Of a DNA stretch of 64,000 bases, positions 36,865 through 48,119 are shown piece by piece. Position 1 is the stretch's first letter; each line of letters opens with the position of its first letter. The stretch is from an uncultured Collinsella sp. (lineage in GTDB: Bacteria; Actinomycetota; Coriobacteriia; Coriobacteriales; Coriobacteriaceae). The stretch lies in assembly GCA_905208535.1 (NCBI GenBank), contig CAJLPI010000004.1, positions 65,159-129,158 of the forward strand. Direction: 5' to 3'. Position numbers and translations under genes: made by a program. The notes beneath the pieces were generated by a model. That model saw only the letters and a program-made list of their open reading frames with translations, was not told where the DNA came from and ran no database searches.

Positions 36865-38319
36865 CTAGAGCGTCTTGAGGTACTCCCCCAGTTCTTCCTC
36901 CCAGTCGGGCATGTTGAACCCGACCGACTCGAGCTTGGACAGGTCGAGCGCGGAGTGGACCGGGCGCGGGGCGACGGGGCCCGCGGCGTTCGCGTAGTAG
37001 TCCGCGGTCGACACCGGCGCGACCCTGTCGCCGTTGCCGTTGGCTGCCTCGAAGACGGCGCGGGCGATGTCGGCCCAGGACCTGACGGCGCCGGATCCGG
37101 TGCAGTCGTAGGTGCCGTAGGGGGCGTGCGAGCCCAGCACGTGGAAGATGGCCTCGGCCATGTCGCGCGTGAAGGTCAGGCGCCCCAGCTGGTCGTCGAC
37201 CACGGTGACCTGCTCGAGCCCGTCCTCGGGGTCGGCGACGCGGTCGGACAGCCCCTTCATGGTCTTCACGAAGTTGTGGCCCTCGCCGATGACCCAGCTG
37301 GAGCGCATGATGTAGTGGCGCGGGCACCCTGCCACGGCGATGTCGCCGGCGGCCTTGGTCTGGCCGTAGACGGACAGCGGGCTGAGGGGCTCCTCCTCCG
37401 TGTGGACCTCGGCCGTGCCGTCGAAGACGTAGTCGGACGACACGTGGACCAGGGTGATCCCGTGCCCGGCGCAGGTGCGGGCGAGCAGGGCCGGGCCGGT
37501 CGCGTTGGCCTTCCAGGCGGTCACGCGTCCCTCGGGGGTCTCGGCCCTGTCGACCGCCGTGTAGGCGCCGCAGTTGATCACGGTGCCGTAGAGCGACCAG
37601 TCGTACTGCGCGTAGGCCGCCGGGTCGGACATGTCGAAGGTGTCGATGTCGCAGAAGTCGAAGTCCTTGGCGACCCCGCGCTCCTCCGCCAGCGCGCGCA
37701 CCGCATGGCCCAGCTGGCCGTTGCATCCGGTGACGAGGGTGCGCTTCGGCGCCATGGGTACGACGTCCTTGAGCATCGGGTGGTTGAGGTCGGCCTCGGA
37801 GACGGTGGCCTGGTCCAGCGGGATCGGCCACTCGATGGCGAGCTCGGGGTCGGCGAGGTTCACGAAGGTGTAGGTCCTCTTGAGCTCCAGCGACCAGTGG
37901 GCGTCCACCAGGTAGGTGTAGGCGGTGCCGTCCTCCAGGGCCTGGAAGGAGTTGCCAACGCCGCGCGGGACGTAGATGGCCTTGGAGGGGTCCAGGACGG
38001 TCGTGAACACCTTGCCGAAGGTGGCGCTGCCCTCGCGCAGGTCCACCCAGGCGCCGAAGACCGAGCCGCGGGCCACGGAGATGAACTTGTCCCAGGGCTC
38101 CGCGTGGATGCCGCGGGTGACGCCGCGGCTGTCGTTGTAGGAGATGTTGTTCTGGACGACCCTGAGGTCGGGGATGCCCAGGGCGGTCATCTTGGCGCGC
38201 TGCCAGTTCTCCTTGAACCAGCCGCGCGAGTCGCCGTGGACGGCCAGGTCGACGACCTTGAGGCCCCCGATGCCGGTCTCGGCGACGGAGAGGTCCTTCT
38301 CGAATGCGATGTCTGCCAT
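36865..38319 (-). CDS. rfbCD: fused dTDP-4-dehydrorhamnose 3,5-epimerase (RfbC) / dTDP-4-dehydrorhamnose reductase (RfbD)
   Basis: I place the start at MADIAFEKD (RBS taggag). N-half cupin (GDSRGWFKENWQ...RGIHAEPWDKF). C-half Rossmann reductase (LVTGCNGQLG...SSDYVFDG...YGQTKAAG). Confidence 0.88.
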   Translation of the reverse strand: MADIAFEKDLSVAETGIGGLKVVDLAVHGDSRGWFKENWQRAKMTALGIPDLRVVQNNISYNDSRGVTRGIHAEPWDKFISVARGSVFGAWVDLREGSATFGKVFTTVLDPSKAIYVPRGVGNSFQALEDGTAYTYLVDAHWSLELKRTYTFVNLADPELAIEWPIPLDQATVSEADLNHPMLKDVVPMAPKRTLVTGCNGQLGHAVRALAEERGVAKDFDFCDIDTFDMSDPAAYAQYDWSLYGTVINCGAYTAVDRAETPEGRVTAWKANATGPALLARTCAGHGITLVHVSSDYVFDGTAEVHTEEEPLSPLSVYGQTKAAGDIAVAGCPRHYIMRSSWVIGEGHNFVKTMKGLSDRVADPEDGLEQVTVVDDQLGRLTFTRDMAEAIFHVLGSHAPYGTYDCTGSGAVRSWADIARAVFEAANGNGDRVAPVSTADYYANAAGPVAPRPVHSALDLSKLESVGFNMPDWEEELGEYLKTL

Positions 38320-38439
38320 ATGGGAAAAGCTCCTATCGAAGAGGTTCAGGTTGCGGGCGCCCGCGCGGGGACGCAGGATCATCCCCATGCCCTGCGGCCC
38401 CGCGCGGGCGCCCCGCGGTGCGGTTCGCCGGGGTTCTGC

Positions 38440-39525
<1,086 letters not shown>

Positions 39526-39534
39526 TCAACAAAA

Positions 39535-40518
39535 CTATCGGACATTTCGGCATGCGATAAGAGCCATAACCTTCGCAGAATTACTTCCCCCACAAAAAGC
39601 TTCCGGAATGCTGTCTTTGTCATACCGGAAGACCGAATTCCCAGTTTTATCGCGTAAGTACTTATAGAAGAAGTCCTCCCAGCTTTTAAACTTCTCACTG
39701 TCTGCAAACGCTTCCGGCTCTTGCAAAACCGCTTTGGCATCTAACCCTGAAATTACGCCGGAGCTCAGCAGAAGCCACTCAAACGACTCGGGAAGACAAA
39801 CCGTAACAGCATCGCGGTGAATGTCTTGCAGCTTAAGGACACGGTCCGCATAGCACCCAAATGCCGCTCCGTCCACAACAACAAACACGCGATCGTCGAG
39901 ATGCTGATCCAACCAGCCCAAAATCGCGCTGTTCGTCATGGCAGAAGCACAGGAAAGCTCACTGTCAGCGAAATGCCGTTCAAAGAACTGGAAACCAGAC
40001 TTACTGTCCTCGCATAGAAGGATAGAAAAGTCCTGTTTTGGCGCCGACCGGGAAATAGCATAACGATGATTCCCACGATCTTGATAAACAGGGACGAAAG
40101 AATGGTATTTTCCGCTCGTCTTAATCTTGTAAATCTCATCCACGCTATACGGAAGATTAGGGAAATCAGCCCTTGAGATCAGCACGAAATAATTCGAGGA
40201 ATACAGCACATGATGGGCAAACTCATCAGAATGAATCTCTTTTAAGCCCTCATCGACAAATACAATCGAGTCATGAACGGACGAAAGCTGGTTTCGCCAA
40301 TCATAATCGGTCAGGGCGACACAGGGACAATCGCATTGCAAGGAAACACCCGACTGCTCGCCCGTTCGTATGTAGTCTGCGACCATGTCAAACAGTGTCG
40401 TCTTACCCGTGCCGCTATCGCCACGCACAATAGTGATGTTCCGCTTGATGGTAAATGTGTACTTGGTTCCCCTGCGGCGGGAAATCTTAACGAAATGCGA
40501 ACCGTTCATAAGCAGCAC
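39535..40518 (-). CDS. module copy 2, large subunit: minimal P-loop ATPase + Toprim/DUF4435-like domain
   Basis: 327 aa. GDSGTGKTTL, IVFVDEG, SNYFVLISR, LPYSVDEI, LLCEDSKSGFQFF, VVDGAAFG, LPESFEW. Collinear with 28469..29467. Confidence 0.8.
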   Translation of the reverse strand: MLLMNGSHFVKISRRRGTKYTFTIKRNITIVRGDSGTGKTTLFDMVADYIRTGEQSGVSLQCDCPCVALTDYDWRNQLSSVHDSIVFVDEGLKEIHSDEFAHHVLYSSNYFVLISRADFPNLPYSVDEIYKIKTSGKYHSFVPVYQDRGNHRYAISRSAPKQDFSILLCEDSKSGFQFFERHFADSELSCASAMTNSAILGWLDQHLDDRVFVVVDGAAFGCYADRVLKLQDIHRDAVTVCLPESFEWLLLSSGVISGLDAKAVLQEPEAFADSEKFKSWEDFFYKYLRDKTGNSVFRYDKDSIPEAFCGGSNSAKVMALIACRNVR

Positions 40519-40962
40519 CTACAGATACGGAATCGACTCGTGAATCAATTCGGCCATGTTGTGAACGATTCGGCCGCTATTCACGACTTTAATTTTAAAA
40601 TCCTCGCGGCCAAAGTCCATCACATGATAGAGATTCACAACGAGCTTGCGGTCTTTCGCCATATCGAGAATCCACTTGGCACAGTTATCACCACAGGTAG
40701 AAGCGTTAAAAATATGCTTACGATCAAATCTCATAAGCAGCAGCGTTTTCACGCCACCAGAAAGCTGGAGCGGGGAAATGGACCCAAGCACAGGGCTTTC
40801 GATGAGGTTTTCGGAGACAACATCCGATCGATCGACATCTTTAATTATCGAGACTGCATAGGGATCCGTAATCCAAGAAGACCGGTAAGAGTTTTTGAAA
40901 TATGTCGCTGTGTTGTAAATCGCTTCTGGCATATCGCCAAAGTAGACGCTTAACACATCCAC
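40519..40962 (-). CDS. module copy 2, small subunit: Walker-A-less ABC-half-like protein
   Basis: 147 aa. YFGDMPEAIYNTATYFKNSY, LSGGVKTLLL, IFNASTCGDNCAKW, VNLYHVM. Abuts the large gene. Confidence 0.8.
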   Translation of the reverse strand: MDVLSVYFGDMPEAIYNTATYFKNSYRSSWITDPYAVSIIKDVDRSDVVSENLIESPVLGSISPLQLSGGVKTLLLMRFDRKHIFNASTCGDNCAKWILDMAKDRKLVVNLYHVMDFGREDFKIKVVNSGRIVHNMAELIHESIPYL

Positions 40963-41001
40963 TCCTAATCATATTGTCTTTATGGTCAACGTAATCATAA
41001 C

Positions 41002-41031
41002 GAAAAGGGCCACCAGATAAACGGTGGCCCC
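41002..41031 (-). terminator. intrinsic terminator directly after rfbA
   Basis: gggccacc/ggtggccc stem with an 8-nt loop, followed by UUUU on the minus strand. It lies between rfbA and module copy 2. Confidence 0.55.
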
Positions 41032-41051
41032 TAAAAGAAAACAAGCCGGCG

Positions 41052-41951
41052 CTAATACTCGCGCGGGCTGTTGACGATCTCGCCGGCGGCGACCTTCTTC
41101 AGGTGCCGGCCGTAGACCGACTTGCCGTAGGCCTTGGCTGCCTCCTCCAGCTCGGCGGTCGTGATCCAGCCGTTCTCCCAGGCGATCTCCTCGGGCACGG
41201 ACACGGGCAGGTCCTGGGAGTGCTCCACGGCGCGGACGAACTCAGCGGCCTCGTGCAGGCTCTCCATGGTGCCGGTGTCCAGCCACGCGTACCCGCGGCC
41301 GAGGGTCACGACGGATAGCGTCCCCTCCTCCAGGTACATCTGGTTGAGCGTGGTGATCTCCAGCTCGCCGCGCGCGGAGGGCTCCACCCTATGCGCCTTG
41401 GCGGCCACGTCGCCCGGGTAGAAGTAGAGTCCGGTGACGGCGTAGGAGCTCTTGGGGTCGGCGGGCTTCTCCTCGATGGAGACGGCCCTCCCCTCGCGGT
41501 CGAACTCCACGACGCCGAAGCGCTCCGGGTCGTCCACGTGGTAGCCGAAGACCGTGGCCCTGCCCGACTCTGCGTTCTGGACGGCTCGCGTCAGGTGGCG
41601 CGACAGGCCGTTGCCGTAGAAGATGTTGTCGCCCAGCACCAGGGCGCACGGCTCGCCGTTAATGAACTCCTCGCCGATGGTGAAGGCCTGCGCCAGGCCG
41701 TCGGGGCTCGGCTGCTCGGCGTAGGAGAGGTTCACGCCGTAGCGCGAGCCGTCCCCGAGCAGGCGCTCGAAGTTGGGGAGGTCCGTCGGCGTGGAGATGA
41801 CCAGGATGTCCCGGATGCCCGCCAGCATGAGGGTGGACAGCGGGTAGTAGATCATGGGCTTGTCGTAGACCGGCAGCAGCTGCTTGGAGGTCACGAGCGT
41901 GAGCGGGTACAGGCGCGTGCCGGACCCGCCGGCGAGGATGATGCCTTTCAT
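41052..41951 (-). CDS. rfbA: glucose-1-phosphate thymidylyltransferase
   Basis: 299 aa, [18 protein letters not shown]...[18 protein letters not shown]. Confidence 0.93.
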   Translation of the reverse strand: MKGIILAGGSGTRLYPLTLVTSKQLLPVYDKPMIYYPLSTLMLAGIRDILVISTPTDLPNFERLLGDGSRYGVNLSYAEQPSPDGLAQAFTIGEEFINGEPCALVLGDNIFYGNGLSRHLTRAVQNAESGRATVFGYHVDDPERFGVVEFDREGRAVSIEEKPADPKSSYAVTGLYFYPGDVAAKAHRVEPSARGELEITTLNQMYLEEGTLSVVTLGRGYAWLDTGTMESLHEAAEFVRAVEHSQDLPVSVPEEIAWENGWITTAELEEAAKAYGKSVYGRHLKKVAAGEIVNSPREY

Positions 41952-42053
41952 ATATTCCGTCCTCTACAATCGAAAATAGTTATAAATCGAGCGGTTAGTA
42001 AGAGTTTGATATTCTATTAAGTTAATCCTTCTCAATATTAACGAAAGAAGCAA

Positions 42054-43097
42054 TTGATGAACAACCGCAAGGACACAACCCGTAGAGACGACATAACGAA
42101 CGTGAGGGCCCTTGCAATATTCCTTGTAGTCCTAGGCCACAGCATTATTCTGTATTCAAGTGCGTGGGGATATTATCCAACTGAACAAAAATCAATTCTG
42201 TTGGATAATCTCAAATTCTTAATAAACGGAATCCAGATGCCCTTGTTCTTTTCGTTATCTGGCTTTTGTTTTTTATGGAGCTGGAATCGATCAAGCGATT
42301 TTATAAGTCAGATCATTAAAAAAGCTCAACGCTTAATTATCCCCTATATCATGATTGGAATATGTTGGCTCTTCCCCATCAGGATGCTCGTTAAGTATCC
42401 CTATTACAATGGCCAAACTATATCGCACATCATCTTTAAATCAATTCTGTTGGGCGAAGACAACGGTCACCTTTGGTTTCTCCCGACTCTTTTTTTCATT
42501 ACAGCAACCACGTCGTGCATCTTTCAAATACTCGAAAAGAGCCCTCTAACAAGTTTTAAGGTTCCGATAGTTTTCGGCGCTTCAATTTATCTTTACCATT
42601 TTGGAATACCATCAGCGAACAGGTATATCAATTTGGCAGAAGCAAATGCGATATGGTTTGCGCTTGGCCTAACAATCCACTACTTGGAAGCAAACAAATG
42701 GTTCGAGAGTTATAAAAGGCGTAAAAGCCTATCAATAGTCCTAATACTATTATTCCTTGTAAACTTACTAAAACAAGTTGTGCCCCCCATTGCTTCCACC
42801 GCCCTTACATGCATGGCGGTTGCATCAATTAATTGCGTCATCCCCCAAAAGGCAAACCTACTAACCGAAAAGATTAGCAAAAAAAGTATGGGAATATATC
42901 TTTTTCATTCTCCACTGGTTTACATTTCTTTTACCTACTGGCCCAACATAGCCCCAATGGCGATGGCAGCAATTAACCTGATTGGATTTGGATCAGTCGC
43001 CTATATGTTGACGAATCTAATTCGAGTCACAAATATGGGTTGGATAATCGGGGAAACGCCAAAGGCATCACACGATAAGAAACAGGGAAAGCAATAG
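42054..43097 (+). CDS. membrane acyltransferase (acyltransferase_3 family), low GC
   Basis: 347 aa. Family N-terminal motif RDDITNVRALAIFLVVLGHS and about 10 TMs. Confidence 0.8.
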   Translation: MMNNRKDTTRRDDITNVRALAIFLVVLGHSIILYSSAWGYYPTEQKSILLDNLKFLINGIQMPLFFSLSGFCFLWSWNRSSDFISQIIKKAQRLIIPYIMIGICWLFPIRMLVKYPYYNGQTISHIIFKSILLGEDNGHLWFLPTLFFITATTSCIFQILEKSPLTSFKVPIVFGASIYLYHFGIPSANRYINLAEANAIWFALGLTIHYLEANKWFESYKRRKSLSIVLILLFLVNLLKQVVPPIASTALTCMAVASINCVIPQKANLLTEKISKKSMGIYLFHSPLVYISFTYWPNIAPMAMAAINLIGFGSVAYMLTNLIRVTNMGWIIGETPKASHDKKQGKQ

Positions 43098-43110
43098 CCA
43101 AGGAATACAG

Positions 43111-44142
43111 CTAATTAAACTGTTTCTTCCATTTATCGATGCTCGTCCAGGGAAGATTAATCTCAGTTTTAACGGGATGGTTTATCCAATCAGCTATTTT
43201 AAGGAGATAGCCGTCCTCGCGTTCAAGAACGGGAAGCCCCGTATCCTCACCGATCTGACGGGCTCGATTATCAATTGCAATGATTAGGGAGCGATGTCCT
43301 CCATTTAAACAGCGAATGCCCGCATGGAGACGCGTCCCCACATAATCAAATTCCTCGGTTTCAATTACACGATTAAGGTCTTCGATATTGGGGCCAATAA
43401 CATTAAATTGCGTCAGATCGGCTATTTGATCAAGACATCAATCAACATCATGGCTTCCTTGAACCCAGATCGTTACCTTTTCGTATTCCGACGACAGCAA
43501 TTCCAGCATCTTACGGTCACGTTCCGCATCGAAACAATAATCGGTAATTGACGTAACAACGTTTTTAGAACGCTTAGAGGAAATCTCAAGTTGCTTAGAT
43601 GGGGTTAACGACCACATGGTCGGACATGCGGTATTAAGAACATTCTCTATGCCAATAGAGTTAAGCCTCTTCTTAGTCATTTCATCTCGAACACTATGAA
43701 GATATTCATCGGATAGCAAGGTTTTATAAAACTTCTTTGTATAGGCGTCGATCGCATCGTCCACCCCAATGTCAGACATGCCCACGCCGAACAAAACAAC
43801 GTTTCTATTATTGCCCAACCGCTTGGCAAGCGCCCATTGCTGCTGATCAGCCATATGCGTATACAGAATATTTGTGCCGCACAACAGCTTTACGTGTTCA
43901 GGATACATTTCAAGCTCTTTGGAATAATAGTGCGTTGCCACATGGGGCAACGCAGCACCAAAGATTTGATCCGCGATACAGCCACAGGCATCCATGATCA
44001 CATGGTCACCAGAGTTCTCGCTTCCCATAGCCGTATCCAAAAGGAGATAGCGTTCCTGCTTAACACCATCGGATTTTTCATCGTGCCTGCGTGATGTCGC
44101 AGAGGCTTTAAGTAGCTGAGTCCATTGGTTAAAGCGCGCCAT
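43111..44142 (-). pseudogene. polysaccharide pyruvyl transferase interrupted by one in-frame TGA (43438..43440)
   Basis: ORFs 43438..44217 and 43111..43341 are in the same frame (876 nt apart). My translation across the gap reads GSHDVD*CLDQIADLTQFNVIGPNIEDLNRVIETEEFDYVGTRLHAGI with no other stop. I infer the start ATG at 44142 (TAATG overlap with the upstream gene). Confidence 0.7.
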
Positions 44143-45707
44143 TAGTTTCTCCGAAATAAACGTTTGAGTAGAGCAACGTGACCGCCAACGACACCCGTCG
44201 ATGCAGAAGGCTGACACGGTTCACAATATTCATCAGATAGGTTAAAAACGGCAGACACGCTGCATGCGCCACTTTCAACCGAACGAACAACAGGATGAGC
44301 GTTGCGAGAAGGCGAAAGACAGACAAGTTGGCTTAGCTCGGCGACGCAAAGCGGATTTTTGCCGTCTTCCGCAAAAGAGTATATATGAATGCGAAGATAG
44401 GCCTCTTCATCATCATTTAAAAACAGCGGAACATGCCCCGCAAAATGGCCGTCCCTAGATTCAAGACTAATCCAGCGAATATCAGACTGATCAAGGGCGC
44501 GCCAAACAACTGCGCGAACATCCGCAGGCATCAAAGACGACTCAAAACGCACAGTCAAATCAACAGAAGAAGCTTGGATAAGCGTTTGAGACATGGCAGA
44601 CGATAGCAATCGAGCATCAGCAAGACGATCGCTGAGCAAGAAGACCTTACTTTGTTCTTCAGTTTTTGGCACATTCCCGAAGGCGGACTTCCCGCTAGCC
44701 AAGGATGGCTCTTCATTCAGATAACGCGTAAAGGCCTCGAAGAACATTTCATTTTCACGCTTAATCGACGTACAGCTAAATCTATTAGGCGAATCGCATT
44801 TTGAGCCTGAAAGAGCCTCAAGAATAGAAGAAGCAATGCCACAAGCAGAGGGCTCAGCGAGGTGGATGGTGCCCTCCGGAAAGTCGAGTAGGTTATTCTC
44901 ACGGTTTATTTCAATTACCGAGAGCTTCGATGCAAGCATTTCGAAAGGCAGGCGAGAGGGATTAGTCACGCTCAACGATACGCCGGCAACACACTTGGCA
45001 TAAAGCGAGGCGCATTCATCAGCAGTCAAGATGCCGAGGCCGCGTACGCGTGGATCATGAATGGGAGGCATTGCGTCTTCGCCGTATAAATAAACGACAA
45101 CTGCATCGTCGAGCTTGAGAAGCAATTTAATTGCATCAAGCAACATGCCAGACAAACGTCGATCCTTATTGGATTGATAGATAGCACAGACGGCATACTC
45201 TCTGCTTAGATTTTGTTCCTGCGCAGTATATATATCGCTAACGCCAAAATCACAATATGGGACTTCATGCGAATAATAGGGTTCAACTTTTTTAGAAAGC
45301 CATCTGCCTATCGTTATGGGGTTTAGTTCATAACGATAACTTGCTTCGGCATTTAGATACATCTCCCCCATCGGATAGAACCAAGGTTCAAAATCCTGAA
45401 TGAAGTAGAACTTATGGGCGCACTTCTGCATAGATGCAAAGTGCGCCGTATTCCAAGCGGTGGCGATTACTGCAAAAAAATCCTCGGGCACACTCGGTGC
45501 CACAAGAACTTCTTTAGGCGAATAATCAAACCAATCCTTTATTTCGGCCTGAACTCTATGAGCACTTTTGTATGCTTCACAGCCCGGCATAATGTAAAAG
45601 TAGTTCTCATATCCACGAGAATCTAGAAAGGAAGCCTTGCTGCAGATGGTTCGAAAGCCGCCAGAACCCTTTGCCGGCGGAGATATTATCCAGGCAATTT
45701 GTTTCAT
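44142..45707 (-). CDS. glycosyltransferase, WsaF-like (candidate rhamnosyltransferase) with extra C-terminal domain
   Basis: 521 aa. The N-terminus IISPPAKGSGGFRTI and YFIQDFEPWFYP resemble the WsaF family. The last ~170 aa are unassigned. Confidence 0.6.
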   Translation of the reverse strand: MKQIAWIISPPAKGSGGFRTICSKASFLDSRGYENYFYIMPGCEAYKSAHRVQAEIKDWFDYSPKEVLVAPSVPEDFFAVIATAWNTAHFASMQKCAHKFYFIQDFEPWFYPMGEMYLNAEASYRYELNPITIGRWLSKKVEPYYSHEVPYCDFGVSDIYTAQEQNLSREYAVCAIYQSNKDRRLSGMLLDAIKLLLKLDDAVVVYLYGEDAMPPIHDPRVRGLGILTADECASLYAKCVAGVSLSVTNPSRLPFEMLASKLSVIEINRENNLLDFPEGTIHLAEPSACGIASSILEALSGSKCDSPNRFSCTSIKRENEMFFEAFTRYLNEEPSLASGKSAFGNVPKTEEQSKVFLLSDRLADARLLSSAMSQTLIQASSVDLTVRFESSLMPADVRAVVWRALDQSDIRWISLESRDGHFAGHVPLFLNDDEEAYLRIHIYSFAEDGKNPLCVAELSQLVCLSPSRNAHPVVRSVESGACSVSAVFNLSDEYCEPCQPSASTGVVGGHVALLKRLFRRN

Positions 45708-45716
45708 TTAAAGCAC

Positions 45717-48119
45717 TCAAATCGCTTCGTAGTCAAAAGGATCGAACTTATATAACGCTGCGCGCTTGGGATCTCGAGAAAAGTTAACGGAGAACCATGG
45801 ATCCCCCTCAGAGAATCGTTCGGACCAGTTATGCAGCAATCGTGCCTTATCCTCAAAATGCTTATGAGAGCGAGATCTACTATCAAGGGATTTGTCAACA
45901 CATGCCAAATGGTAGAGACATGCCTCTGGTGTATAGATCACCTTTAACCCAGCCTGAGAAGACTTGAAGCAAATATCAACATCCGAATAGTCAAGAAGAT
46001 ACGACTCGTCAAAACCACCCAGACGATTAAAATGTTCGCGTGAAATAGCTAAGCAGACTCCACTCACCGCCGATACATCCCTCACGGTCAATGGCATATA
46101 GATATAGCCAGGAGAAGAGCGATGAATGCCTTGCGATAGGTTGACGATTGATTCTCCAACATAAGACAGGCCTGCCTGTTGCACAATGCCGTCAAGATCG
46201 CACGTCATTGTTCCAACAACGCCAACATCCTCTCGTTGGGAAAAACCAACGAGAGTCTTTAACCACAAGGAGTCTAGTGCCTGAATATCGTCATGAACAA
46301 AGACGAGTTGCTCGCCATGCGCGGCAAGAGCACCGGCATTTCTCCATGTAGATATATTAAACGGGTCATCAAGCGCGTGAACGATATAGCGACAACGAAG
46401 TCCAGAGATCGATTGCTGAACAGCAGCTTCCGCATCCTGCGAGCACACGAAAACAACTTCAAGATCATCAAAATCGGTGTAATTGATTGAAGATACAAGA
46501 GTCGAAAGAACCGAAGAATTGCCGCGGGTGGTAACGATTAATGAACAGGACTCAGATGAAGAAACATCATAAATAGGGCTATATCTAAAAGCACGATTAT
46601 GAGAGTTGACCACAGTCGCCTTGATACCGCATCTATCAAGGTGCTCCTGAACCGCTTTTATTCCAGCAAGGGTTGCATAGGGCTTACTATCGGAATTACC
46701 CGCAGTCGAATTCTCGCTTATTCTCCAGTGATACAAGATTTTAGGAACGTGATGGATCGTCCCACCAAGTTCGGCAATCTTCAGCACCATGGCATGGTCT
46801 TGGGCGCCATCCAACTCGCTGTTAGAAAGGTCAATTCTGTCTAAACATGCCCTTTTAACAGTAAGAAGGTGGCAAATATAATTGTTGTCACGAGCCATAT
46901 CAAGACTAAAATCCGGCTTAAAAGTAGGATGAGCCAAGGACCCGTCAGGCAATAGCTTATCTTCATCACAATAAAGAAGATTGATTTCAGCATTTTGATT
47001 TAAAGCACAGGCGTACTCAAACAAGATATTCGGTTCGAGAACATCATCATGATCGAAAAAGCAGAGGTAGTCTCCCTTGGCCATCTTGATTCCGACATTG
47101 GTGTTCTCAGTGATACCTAGATTGCCCTCAAGATTAGTCACTATAATTCTAGAGTCTGCAGTCACATACTCGGAGACCAAGTCGCTAAGGCCCTCGTAAT
47201 CTGGCGTAGAGTTAACCAGGATGAGTTCCCAATTCGAATACGTCTGAGCAATGACAGAATCAGCCATATCCCTGAAGAAATTCAAGGGAGTCTTATATAG
47301 AGGAACGATGATTGAAAACAAGGGCTGGTATGCAAATTTTATTTGCGCTTGTACCCGCGAATCGGATCCAGTCAATCTGCGCCCAGAAAACCAGGACAAA
47401 TAACGGGGTTGATCGAATGCGGACACATGGTTCCGATCGACCTCATCCAAAAGCTCCTTGAGCATATCTTTCTTTAGATTGATAAACGTATCCAGATGAC
47501 CAGAAGCCCTGTGCATGCAAATGCACAGGCTATCCCCGACCTCAGGAATATGAAGCGAGAAATTTGTTAAACAAGGATTCGCATCGGCTATTAAGTTATT
47601 AAATAACAAAGATTCCCCAACAACGCAGGCTTCTTCATTAAAAGCGATAATACGATCACCCTCAAGGCAATCAGTACCCGAAAGAACACCTCTAACGATT
47701 ACGCCATCAACGCAGGGAATAAAGCTCTCAATTTGGATAGAAGCGAGCGCATGCACGCCAGAACGGTCAATATTGCGAAATCGTCCACAATGCTCCGCGT
47801 GCAGCAAGCCGTTAACTTTCGACTCAATCGAAAACTTGCCAGGATTGATGCGACGCTGATAAATTATTTTATCTCCGCTAAAGAAAGAAAGAGATTGGTC
47901 GACACCAAAATCGGCAAGGACAACAATAAATTCAGTCTCTGAAAAAGGGATGATTCTTGCGGGCAGAATTTGCCCATTGGGTGATTGCGACTCCACGGCA
48001 TCCGGGAAAACGGATGCGGCTTCATACAGTATATATAGTTTGCCGTCGCCACGGCAATTTAGCTTATTGTTAAATTCGGTATTAAAAACTATGCCCATAT
48101 CAGCAACACTTTCCAACAA
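45717..48119 (-). CDS. multidomain glycosyltransferase: unknown N-domain + two GT2 domains
   Basis: 800 aa. GT2-1 FSIIVPLYKTP...FFDHDDVL. GT2-2 CSLIVTTRGN...FVHDDI. The first ~270 aa carry no recognisable motif. Confidence 0.8.
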   Translation of the reverse strand: MLESVADMGIVFNTEFNNKLNCRGDGKLYILYEAASVFPDAVESQSPNGQILPARIIPFSETEFIVVLADFGVDQSLSFFSGDKIIYQRRINPGKFSIESKVNGLLHAEHCGRFRNIDRSGVHALASIQIESFIPCVDGVIVRGVLSGTDCLEGDRIIAFNEEACVVGESLLFNNLIADANPCLTNFSLHIPEVGDSLCICMHRASGHLDTFINLKKDMLKELLDEVDRNHVSAFDQPRYLSWFSGRRLTGSDSRVQAQIKFAYQPLFSIIVPLYKTPLNFFRDMADSVIAQTYSNWELILVNSTPDYEGLSDLVSEYVTADSRIIVTNLEGNLGITENTNVGIKMAKGDYLCFFDHDDVLEPNILFEYACALNQNAEINLLYCDEDKLLPDGSLAHPTFKPDFSLDMARDNNYICHLLTVKRACLDRIDLSNSELDGAQDHAMVLKIAELGGTIHHVPKILYHWRISENSTAGNSDSKPYATLAGIKAVQEHLDRCGIKATVVNSHNRAFRYSPIYDVSSSESCSLIVTTRGNSSVLSTLVSSINYTDFDDLEVVFVCSQDAEAAVQQSISGLRCRYIVHALDDPFNISTWRNAGALAAHGEQLVFVHDDIQALDSLWLKTLVGFSQREDVGVVGTMTCDLDGIVQQAGLSYVGESIVNLSQGIHRSSPGYIYMPLTVRDVSAVSGVCLAISREHFNRLGGFDESYLLDYSDVDICFKSSQAGLKVIYTPEACLYHLACVDKSLDSRSRSHKHFEDKARLLHNWSERFSEGDPWFSVNFSRDPKRAALYKFDPFDYEAI

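Noticed and set aside
36824-37831. 335-aa minus-strand ORF in an alternative frame of rfbCD (Arg/Pro/Gly-rich).
   Set aside because: It is on the same strand as rfbCD but in a different frame, has no motifs and has extreme composition. It is a by-product of roughly 70% G+C.
43438-43440. The in-frame TGA as selenocysteine or programmed recoding.
   Set aside because: I see no SECIS-like hairpin immediately downstream. Pyruvyl transferases are not known selenoproteins, and the window has no sel genes. A nonsense mutation or sequencing error is simpler.
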